Positions 1 through 8,950 of a stretch of DNA of 14,886 nt are shown here, piece by piece. Made by a program: the position numbers and the translations under genes. The notes under the pieces are model-generated. The model was given only the letters and a program-made list of their open reading frames with translations. It had not been told where the DNA came from and searched no databases. The stretch is from Oopsacas minuta (taxonomy: Eukaryota; Animalia; Porifera), in contig JAKMXF010000136.1 in the NCBI GenBank assembly GCA_024704765.1, positions 1-14,886 on the forward strand, given 5' to 3'. Position 1 is the stretch's first letter. The number at the start of each line of letters is the position of its first letter.

Positions 1-97
1 AAATGCTACAAGAAATTCTAGAAGATTACTTCATAAGTATATTAATAGCTATTGTCTAAGGCGCGAAAATGTATAACAGAACTTATTAGACACCCTG
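1..97. mobile_element. Terminal portion of a Tc1/mariner (IS630-Tc1-mariner) element or MITE; TIR at 72-97 followed by TA
   Basis: 72-97 TATAACAGAACTTATTAGACACCCTG followed by TA (98-99) is the exact reverse complement of 14794-14819 CAGGGTGTCTAATAAGTTCTGTTATA, which is preceded by TA. A CAGGGTG start with a TA target is typical of Tc1/mariner termini. No transposase is recognisable in 1-71. Confidence 0.8.
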
Positions 98-139
98 TAG
101 ATAATAAATGGTGAATAACAGATTATCATGGTAACTAAG

Positions 140-2903
140 AGAGTATTTCTTCTATTTTCGTTTTTCAATACCTTTAGAAATTACCGCACAGTTGTAGTTC
201 ATTCCCTTATTCGCAAGGAGACAGTTCGCTGAAGTAAAAATATTACTTTTCAGTATAACATAAATAGAAACTCCACAAGATATGCAACTTGATTAACCGA
301 TCTCTTCTAATAAAATCAATGTCAGTTGTTCCAGTTTTCTCCTTTATGATCCCTGCACAAACATTGCCAACAAGTTGTCTTTGGTTCAACCGCAATCAAC
401 GTTTTCCACGATGTCCTTATAGAGTCGACTACAATATGAATTGGAAATTTAAAGCTACGCTATCAGTTAACTCCAGAAGCTTAAACTCGGTCTGAGACAT
501 TTCGCGAAAAAGAAAATCTTTTGCAATTGTCAAAAGTTCAAGACAAACATTGCATTTTAGAGCCTTTCTCAGGTACTAGTGTATTGTATAGCCAGCAAGG
601 AAATCTGAAGATTAAATGGTTTGTGAACTGCATGCAAATGAAGTTAAATAGTTAATTTAATTCAAGAACGGCTCCACATCTATATCATCATTGCCTGTAA
701 CATCAGCTAAAGAGAATGAATCAATTAATGTTTGAGTTGAATCTATGCCAGAGTGCAGTTGAAAAGAAAAACTCTTCAAGATGTTGAATATCTTTAGACG
801 GCGTGCAGTTTTAAGGATTTGTAGATAAGAAATATGATAGTTTGACCCAGAGATCATACGATAGAAGTCAATATGTTTTCTAGTGCGCTGTCTGTAAAAA
901 GGAGCTCAATAAGTGGATAAAGCCACAATGGCCAGTTAGATAATTTGTAATTTGTGGCAAGACTGCGCAAGCATGTTTGAAGCTAGTAAACGTTAGCTTA
1001 CTTAACTTTCCTATGTTGTTTGGCAAAACTTGCCAAGCCTCTAACCAAAATACAACATAATTCGAGAATGAAAATCGTTCGTCTTGGAATGTTAGTGGTC
1101 TTGAGATATCGTCATTCAAACGTTGACCTTTAAGCCGAGAGTTTATATTGAATAATTTCCAAATTATAAGGATTATATCAACAAAGTTATGTGTATTGCT
1201 TCTGGTTTCCAGGGAACGGAGTTCATTCTGTAACTTCAAGGCTGCAAGAGTCAATTCGTTGACTGTCTTCAAAACCAATTTTACATTCTGGCGTCCTTGT
1301 AGAAGGAAAACAAGCTTTGATACTCAAGTTAGGAGCAAGCTTAGCTAAAGATTGTTTTTCTGAATTGTAAAGGAGACGGATATTACCAAAAGATCCAGAA
1401 GAAATTGAACTGGATGTTGACAATAATCTAATCTAAAATTCTGAAAGTTTAAGAATGAAAGGCTTTGTTAACATATTTCTGATTTAACTAGTTATTTCGA
1501 ATGTTTTTTCCTATGAGTACAAAGAAGAAAGTAAGAAAGAGTGTCCTTTCATTATCAGATAGGTGTGGTAGATTAGTTTCTAACTTTATATTAGAGAGAA
1601 TAACTTGAATATGTTCACATTCAAATGGCAATTATCGGTAGAAATAATCTGTAATTTAAACCACAAGATTCAATATCCAAAATGCGATACTTGATGATGG
1701 GTTAGAGATGTTCAGCAGTTATGGAGCAACAAGGTATTAGCGAGAAACACAGGACCACTATTTAAATAAACCAGAAACCATGATAGTAAACACAGATTGT
1801 GTTGAATTTTCAGGTGATATGTTTGGACAATAGAGTTTCCCACCTTTATGATAAATATCAGACTTTACCTGGATATCATCCATCTGAACAATCACATTCT
1901 TCTCTTGATGGCAAAATGAAGAATTCACTTGCTGAGACAAGCACAAAGGTCATTTTTTAGACCAAAAGAAGAGCATAATTTCTCTAATGTATGAGTATCT
2001 GGCAAAGAAATACATCTTAGATATAGCAAGCAGGGGATATAAGGTGCGTTTTGATAGCCATTATCTGTGGAACACTGCTATACATGTCTCTCTTCTTGTG
2101 AACATAATCGTGGCAAATTCGAACAATTAGACACTTCGCCACCATCCATTAGATTAAATATGGCCTCCTCAACATGTTCTTTTGCTTTAGATACATGCAA
2201 AGGATGTTTCTTCTCAAGAAAAGTGCTACGCTTCAGAAAACCTCTAATAAAGGAGATTCAACTTGTCGAAGATCAGTGACAGAGTTTAGTGTGAGAGGAA
2301 GTAATTGCCCATAAATGTAACTTGCTGCAGATAAAAGCCAATTTACCTCAAGTGTAACACCTACACATATGTCATGATCATCCATCTTAGGCAAAAGAAC
2401 CTTGCACAATTACATGATGCAAATCACACCAACCAGCCAGTAGGGAGTGCAACCAGAGATAACTTATTTCGCAATTGTTCCATGTAATCGACACTGAATT
2501 TCTCTTTCTCTTCATCTTCTGATCTCAGGCTTAGATAGTTTGCTTGATTCAACAAGTCATCCTCTTTGGAGTCAAAAGAGAAACGTGTACGTTAGTTCCA
2601 ATTGACGGAGACGCGGTTGGTGAATACTATGAAGAACAGCCAGAAGGTAAAGAAGAAACAGCACCGAGTTTAGTTTGGTCTTCCGCGCGGGACTTCATAA
2701 ATGAGCCATCTCCCATTCTATATCTTCCTTTTGGAAGTGCTTAGGACACACGTACACAGTCTTGAGTCCAGCGATATCCTCACGATATAGAGCACATATC
2801 CAAGCGTGTCTTAACTCGGGAGGACCTTCTGGAAGTTTGAAGACTGAAACACGATTTTCTGGGGTATAATTAACTTACATCCAGGGCCGGAGCAATATGG
2901 CAT
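140..2903 (-). pseudogene. P-element superfamily (THAP9-like) transposase, near full length, with many frameshifts and stops
   Basis: Stitched minus-strand translation from ATG at 2903: THAP domain MPYCSGPGCK/NYTPENRVSVFKLPEG..AWICALYRED..VYVCPKHF and LKLGAVSS box; VIVQMDDIQVKSDIYHKGG (first catalytic D, ORF 1758-1946); LQIISTDNCHLNVNIFKLFS (second D); insertion domain FGNIRLLYNSEKQSLAKLAPNLSIKACFPS (ORF 1223-1423) and LKTVNELTLAALK..IIWKLFNINS..KLSKLTFTSFKH (ORF 880-1278); degenerate QT-x-LE-x-H..YRMISGSNYHISYLQIL (third acidic residue region, ~840-895); C-terminal FLAGYTIH..KCNVCLELL and SCISCG..ANCLLANK. Motif order matches P transposases. TIRs not found. Confidence 0.92.
2715..2903 (-). 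other. THAP-type C2CH zinc-finger coding region of the P-like pseudogene, with a 1-nt frameshift after the second Cys
   Basis: ATG CCA TAT TGC TCC GGC CCT GGA TGT AAG, then the shifted frame NYTPENRVSVFKLPEGPPELRHAWICALYREDIAGLKTVYVCPKHFQKEDIE. The C..C..W..C.H pattern with F/P residues is typical of THAP. Confidence 0.88.
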
Positions 2904-3537
2904 TGGTAAAAAACGCTGATTTAGTGATAAAGTGTTAACCTATAGCATGTTTAATGTAATTCTAATCAATAATGTCTCTATACCATTGAAAAAGTTGATC
3001 TAACAGTGGATAAGACATGTAAATAATTTTATGAGATAATTATGGGTTAATAACAAAATCGTATATTTCTTCATCCCTAGTACCAAATCTTTTTCTTGAT
3101 ATTAGGCCTTAATAAAGTAGACGATGGTTGGAGGACTTTGTTGATCTTTATAAATGGAAAACTACCTGGACAACTAATTCACTGAAACTAATTGAATTTT
3201 TGGAAGTACATTTACTACATTATGTCCTACTTTGTCATGATCTTTGATAGTATATTGTGTAAGTATTTAGATATTAAGCGTATAAAGACATATAGATATT
3301 TTTATCAAGTCAATTGAGGAATTTATTATTTGTATGAATCTAGATGCAACATACAATTTTAGAATTCGATAATTCATGTTTTTTAGCAGACCATGAAACA
3401 CATCTTTGAAATTATAGAAATATTGTTAATTAGTAAAGCATACTACTTAATTTCAAATTTTGTTTAAGAATAAGCCACTCAATTTGGAAGATAACATACA
3501 TACACATATATAGATTAATTGCGTTTTAATAATATAG

Positions 3538-4020
3538 ATGAACTGCCCCTGAATGACTTGTTTGAATAGTTTGATGGGAAACTAGCCGTCCTAATTCATT
3601 TAGTGCCCAATCGGAAAATCACTGAAAACAACTCTGAGGTTCCTGTAGTTAAGTTTGAGCCAATAATGTATATTGAGCTTCCTGAGATGACAACAGAACC
3701 GATAGATGATCTTAGCTCTGATCAGAGTTATCTATATCGGATTTGCCAAGAATGTTTGCGAAGTAATTGTCCAGACGAACTAGAACTACCCAAACCATGT
3801 CCATTATGTCATTCCAGATGGCTTTCTCTGTCATGTAGAATTGTTCTCGTGTATATGTCTACAAAACAACATTTCCGAATTGAAACGACTTGGAGCATTT
3901 AAAATTGTAAACTAGGCACCCAAGTTTGTTTGTGGTGAAGAAAACCGTGATGAGTACTTCTTTCTTAGCTTAAAATCATGAAGACATATGCCTTATACTG
4001 ATTGACAAAATATTTTTGTT
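3538..4020 (+). pseudogene. C-terminal half, with an internal deletion, of a divergent hAT-like DDE transposase (resembles the family I recall as Repbase hATm / 'Cc8K15.2-like' proteins)
   Basis: ELPLNDLFE*FDG/TSRPNSFS/PIGKSL..VPVVKFEPI..DDLSSDQSYLYRICQE..CPDEL..PCPLCHSRWLSLSCRIVLVYMST (ORF 3603-3902) matches the recalled family pattern NELPLRHLF..DG.T.GP.SFSG.IGK..LPVV.F..LS.DQ.YLY.IC..HSRWLTTANR.LRLY.ST. It then jumps to FVCGEENRDEYF..KS*RHMP, like the family C-terminus VCG...RDG.IR...SR..MP. Confidence 0.8.
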
Positions 4021-4139
4021 TTCATTTTTCTCAAATCCCGATAGTCAATTCTTAATTATTGTTTGAATTACAGTTGTATTTGACATTTTATTTTTTACTG
4101 AATTGTACAACCAAAGATTTGATAATTAGTTTCGAACTA

Positions 4140-4303
4140 CAGTAGAACATCTCGAAGCGAGGAGGTTGGTCCCCCAAGATATGGTTCCTGGTCTCCGCTT
4201 TCCGATTTTAATTATCATGAAAGTTGATGTTGTTGAAGCCTATTTTACGCCCCGCCAATAAGAAATCCCCGTTTCGGAGGATCCATTTATGGAGGTTCCG
4301 TTG
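4140..4303. mobile_element. Probable decayed pogo/Tigger-type MITE
   Basis: Left end TA|CAGTAGAACATCTC and right end GGAGGTTCCGTTG|TA (reverse complement CAACGGAACCTCC). Both resemble CAGTGGAACCTC termini, but they match each other at only about 11/20. The interior is more GC-rich than the flanks. Confidence 0.45.
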
Positions 4304-4894
4304 TATAATATATTAGTTGTTCTAATATATATATATGATATATACAAACGATCACTAGCGCGGCTTGGATCCCAGAATTGATATCTATTGGTTTAAATAT
4401 GTTTCACATTGGCTCAAATATGCTCTTCAGGGGAAGTGGACATATTTTACCTAGCTAGGCATTTGTAATTACTTGTTAATAATATCGATGCTGAAAATTG
4501 ATCAATAACATCCAAATGTTAATATGATTGGTGTATAATATAGTTTAGCGTGTTTTGATATTATTCTTTGGGAATTTTATTTATACTTAGAAATATTCTA
4601 TATTTCCAACCATGAGTTAATGTATATCCCAACAAGGCAATATGTTGAATATCATATTGTTTTTGTTAGAAATGCCATCGTAATTTCTTCTTAAACGTCA
4701 AAATAGGTGCTAAAGCAGGTTATATACTTAACAACTATCATTTGCAATTGAATCCCAAATATAAATTCAATTATATGATGATAAAAATCCAATTATTTAG
4801 AGTGAATGGCCATTTGTAACCCTTTCTAGTAAAGAATACAGATGTATATTCTCATCTAAAAGAACGATTATGAAGTGAATTGAAGCAACTATAT

Positions 4895-4993
4895 GCATTA
4901 GGACTCCGTAAATACGAACACGGCCAATGCAAATTTCCTGATAGAGCGAACAACTTTGACCGGATGGTGGTTTCCTATTACCAGGTTCCACTG
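4895..4993. mobile_element. One end of a pogo/Tigger-type element or MITE
   Basis: CCAGGTTCCACTG|TA at 4981-4995 (reverse complement TA|CAGTGGAACCTGG), preceded by a ~100-bp GC-richer tract. No partner end identified; left boundary approximate. Confidence 0.55.
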
Positions 4994-5502
4994 TACTCAT
5001 TATAAATGGACTACATTTTCAATGTCTCATATCCAAGCAGTATTGAGTGAAGTGTGTGATTGTGATAGAGTTGTAATTTTAATTGAATTTACAGAAATTG
5101 ATTTGTCGCCTATCGCAAATAGTTTGAATAGGATTTTAGGTGGTTCTTAAACAAAGCTATCAAGTATCAAAATATTATGTTACAATACCTGCCTAAGCCT
5201 CTAGACTATAAGTTTATGCACTAAATTGCCAGTTTTGATTCGTTCGATCCATGTAATTTCTGAACTAGGTTCACAATCTAAGTTTTCAGCTTGGAAATTT
5301 CAAAGCAATATTTTATAATTTACAGATTTCGAAATTGTGACAAAACATGAATGTTTGTATCCATTCACAAATTATTATCTATATCTTTGCTAACAAACAT
5401 GACGTTACCTATTTATAAAATGTTTCTAACTCCTTTTTATCATACATTCGAACTTATCTATAACCCTCACCAAAGAGATTGGCCAAAAGTGGCCTTTACA
5501 TA

Positions 5503-5929
5503 CAGGGTGTAACGAAGGTATTGTCGTTTATATAATGAATCAAACGTAAGCAAAATACAACAATTATTATTTTATTACTTCCCAATATAATCTCCTTGTC
5601 TTTCTAATACAAGTGCTACTCTCCTGGGCATACTGGAGACCATATTATGCAAAAGATCTGAAATACCACTCCATGCCTTTTCCAAATTTTTGATGAGGTT
5701 ATTCACGTTGCTTGCTTGCTCAAACTCTTCCACTTTGTCTTTCAGTATTGACCATAAATTTTCAATGGGATTGAGGTCAGGTGAATTCCCAGGCCACTAC
5801 GCTCTCTGCCAAAACGCTGGAAGATTCTGTTTGCCCCATTCTTGCGTTAGTTTGGCCGTATGAGCGGGAGCCCCATCTCGCATAAAAATTATCTCGGGCA
5901 TCTTTGAAGTCATCGCCTGCTGTAAAACC
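5503..5929 (-). mobile_element. 3' end of a Tc1-like DD37E (TRT/ITmD37E-type) element: transposase C-terminus plus terminal TIR
   Basis: Minus strand reads LQQAMTSKMPEIIFMRDGAPAHTAKLTQEWGKQNLPAFWQRA*WPGNSPDLNPIENLWSILKDKV..MPRRVALVLERQGDYIGK* (stop at 5575-5577). There are 37 codons between the D of DGAPAH and the E of PIEN, including one in-frame TAG. Terminus TA|CAGGGTGTAACG at 5501-5514. Cut off by the N at 5930. Confidence 0.92.
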
Positions 5930-5930
5930 N
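5930..5930. other. Single N, probably a scaffold gap or ambiguous join between two contigs
   Basis: The sequence changes abruptly at the N from a minus-strand Tc1-like transposase to a plus-strand mariner transposase, both truncated mid-catalytic domain. Confidence 0.75.
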
Positions 5931-6273
5931 ACAGCAGCCAAAACATTGGACTTCCTGGCTGAAAATTCGGTCCAGTTGGTATCGCATCCACCTTACAGTC
6001 CAGATTTAGCTCCATGCGACTTTTCTTGTTCCCAATAATCAAGGAAAAGATCCGTGAAATAAGGTTTGAGAGTCCTGAAGAGGCTCGTCTGGCATTTGAA
6101 GAGGCCCTTTGGAGCCTGCCAGAGGAAAAATGGTATAGTTGTTTCGACAGTTGGTTTCATCGTATGCAACTTTGCATGGATTATTGTGGTCGTTGCTTTG
6201 AGAAACTGTGAAAGTTTGATTAAATTGGTTATTATATTTTTTGTGTACGACAAAACTTTTGGATTGACCCTCG
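5931..6273 (+). mobile_element. 3' end of a mariner (DD34D-type) element: transposase C-terminus plus terminal TIR
   Basis: TAAKTLDFLAENSVQLVSHPPYSPDLAPCDF, a 1-nt frameshift, then LFPIIKEKIREIRFESPEEA..WYSCFDSWFHRMQLCMDYCGRCFEKL* (stop at 6211). YSPDLAPCD is the diagnostic mariner third-D motif. Terminus AAAACTTTTGGATTGACCCTCG|TA ends at 6273 (reverse complement TA|CGAGGGTCAATCCAAAAG). Confidence 0.93.
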
Positions 6274-6889
6274 TATCATCGAAATTTAAATGAGGATAAG
6301 AATATATCGAATTTACCTTAATTTCAAAATTCTAAAAACATATTTTCCGATTTTTGGTTCGATCCATGCATTCATGTACTCAAAATCCTATCTGTGCGCC
6401 CCGGTGCACGTCTGAAAATTGGTGTAGTATTTCAAAAATGTATGCGCTACAAAAGATTAACACTATATTTTTCCTCTTTTCTCTCCTGATAGATGCAGTA
6501 ATTCAAACAGTATATTAGAACTATGATATTTCTCTCTATGCCCTCAATACTAGGCAGCCTAACAAACTTTTTGGATACAATGAAACATATAATAATTGTA
6601 TAATCTGTTCTATATAAGAAATATGCCAAAATGATGATTAACTACAATTTTTATACAGTATATATTGAAATTCAATTGTTGCTAATGTAGTTGGGTATTT
6701 AGCATTGCGGTTAGCTATTTAACATTTTCCAAAGATATACTTACTTTAGCTCGCTGTAATCGAAATCCTATTGGTCATATATACAATTTTCATCAATTTC
6801 CTACTAAGTCGAAGATGGAGATTCAACAAAACGTGGTTAATTTCGTAATTCAATATTGCTTATTATATTATATCGGCATACTGTGTACA

Positions 6890-7095
6890 CAATACACGCA
6901 GTATCGATATCGCTGACCAAAAGCGACATAGCGCCTCCAGTGTCACCACAGATGGCCCAAACGTAATTGGGATGGACTCTAGAAACTTTACCTATTGTGT
7001 AAATTTGAGACTTATAGTACTCAGTATTTTCTGTCGCGTAGCGACCTAGCAAGCGAAGTGCGCTATTTAACACTAATCCGGGTGAAACGTGTTAG
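6890..7095. promoter_or_regulatory. Short CpG-rich island with a TATCGATA palindrome; possible promoter or transposon subterminal region
   Basis: About 13 CpG in ~200 bp by hand count, against about 7 in the following ~660 bp. TATCGATA at 6902-6909; AGCGCCTCCAGTG and CAGATGGC motifs; hairpin GTCGC-GTA-GCGAC at 7033-7045. No associated gene identified. Confidence 0.3.
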
Positions 7096-7856
7096 AATAT
7101 ATCTGAGCCAGTTCTACAAAGAATGGCTCATGACTCTATTGATATTCTTCATTCAAGATTAATGGAACTTCATGGAACGATATGATGGGTTAGAAGATAT
7201 TTATTCTGTTTGGTTTCCATGTTTTATTTCCAATTTACTCAGAAAATTAGCATATCAATCCTGAATTTCACCAGGATAACTCTAATGACTAATATATATT
7301 ATGTTACATTTACGGCGAATGTTTATATTTATTTTGTGTTACTATATTGTAGAAAATGAAACTAAATCGTACTGGGCCACTATACTATACATTTTATATT
7401 TCGCACAGAAAATTATTTATATTTTAATCTAGGAATTAACTAGAGTGTGAAGAACTCTTTATTTTCACTGATTAAAGACATTGCCTCAACGTTACCCTAT
7501 ACTGTTGGTCAACTGTAACAGCTTGACATAATTACAAATAACTTACTATACCCCAGTCAATTGTGGTCATACTAGATTATGTTAGGGAATCAAGTGGAAT
7601 TTGATAGATTAATTGATTACAAGAGTATAAATATACGAAAATTTAAATATTAACTAATATAATATATAATCTCAACTTATTAATTACTTATTCTTTAAAA
7701 TGTGTTAGTTAATATTCCTGAAAATTTGAGCTCTTTTGAAATATATATTCCTAGCATTTTAATATGTATTTGTCTCTCATAAACATAATATGCAAACCAA
7801 GAGTTTATGGCTTTATATATAATTGCTCTAATTAGTCTGATATCTTCATAATTCAT

Positions 7857-8950
7857 ATGGCATATGCACCAAAAAGGATATGGTGAGATAACACATCCAA
7901 TTTTTGGATCTCCAGCGGAATTGCCTGTTAATCAGCTTTCAACAGAGAGAGATGTATGTAAATGTAATTTAAGTGTAAGCAAGATCAAGAAGATTAAGGA
8001 ATGATCCCCAAAGGGAGATTTGTTTATCATAGAGAAAGTTAGCCGGGTCCCCGATCAATTAGTGATTGGAAGGATTAGGAAAATATAACCCGATGTGGCA
8101 TATGGAGACGTTCATCTCTTCCCACTATCATGCAAATGTAAAACTTGTCAATTGCGATAATGTTAAGTGTTATAACTTACCTTCTGTCGAGATTCGTCTC
8201 CCATGTGATTGTATTTACAAACTGAAAGTTAATTGTCATTTCTCTTTAACCAGAGAACCGACATAAAATGCACATAAGAGGTATTGATATCCACACCTCA
8301 GCGATACTGCTGAAAATAGATCAAAGATCAATTTCCCTCAAAGAAAGAATTAGGTTGAAAATCAGGAAATAGCAGTTGAAGCAAATTCTTACAACTATTT
8401 CCAAATTTAAGATATAGACTAAACGGTGACTCCGATCATTGTCATTTCGAAATACAGAGACAATCCCAAATATAGCATGGATGCCGATCGATATGGAGTT
8501 TCTAATTGAGCTACAGCCAGCCTAATAGATTTCGGACTATGAGACCAGAAGATCAAAGTCTTATCACAGACAAGAATATGGTTGCAAGAGCAAGTCAAAA
8601 GTACAGAAATTAAATACAGCTTAAAGAACTTGTAGAAGTAATTTATGTTACATGTATATATTTTGATGAAGGATCGATAAAACACTCTCAAATGAACCAT
8701 CAGTGGTAAATGTAGCATCTAAATTTGAGTTGAGGAACATATTGTTGTGATTGATCAAAATAGTACATATATATTCCATGCAAATACTCCCGGAATCAAT
8801 ATCGCTTCAACAATAGATTCCCACCTCCAAAATTTTGGATTGGAAAGGAAATCCTATTAGTAGGTTGTGATGGTACGAATGTAAATTGGAAAGAATTCTT
8901 GGGGAAGATTGCAATGGGGGTTTGTCTGCTACGGACTTCGATATTATTTG
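7857..8950 (+). pseudogene. N-terminal half of the same divergent hAT-like (hATm / Cc8K15.2-like) transposase family as 3538-4020
   Basis: Stitched frames: THPIFGSPAELPVNQLSTERDV; KVSRVPDQLVIGRIRK; LFPLSCKCKTC; FLFNQRTD/KMHIRGIDIHTS; ADRYGVSN*ATA; SLITDKNMVAR; CIYFDE (first D, family YFDGRKD); EEHIVVIDQNSTYIFH; LLVGCDGTNVN (second D); LQW/VCLL (CxxH region). The order matches the recalled family consensus. Confidence 0.82.

Noticed and set aside
289-2744. Plus-strand ORFs 289-495, 1148-1348, 2067-2279 and 2544-2744
   Set aside because: They are antisense shadows of the minus-strand P-like transposase, with no independent motifs.
2932-2949. CATGCTATAGG (minus strand) as the 5' TIR of the P-like element
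   Set aside because: It starts with CATG like the Drosophila P element, but there is no matching inverted copy or TSD at the other end.
3106-3258. Possible host exon bounded by TTAG and GTAAGT
   Set aside because: I found no frame open across the whole interval and no recognisable protein motif.
5797-6042. 81-aa minus-strand ORF as a real gene
   Set aside because: It crosses the N. Its first half is antisense mariner sequence and its second half is DD37E transposase, so it is a junction artefact.
5242-6368. Direct 12-mer repeat GTTCGATCCATG at ~5242 and ~6357
   Set aside because: Several 12-mer matches are expected by chance in 15 kb of AT-rich DNA, and the flanks do not align.
6393-6408. 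GC-rich hairpin GTGCGCCCCGGTGCAC as a Helitron end
   Set aside because: There is no CTRR at a suitable distance on either strand and no other Helitron evidence.
6837-7073. 78-aa minus-strand ORF over the CpG-rich island
   Set aside because: It has no recognisable motif, and higher GC content alone lengthens chance ORFs.
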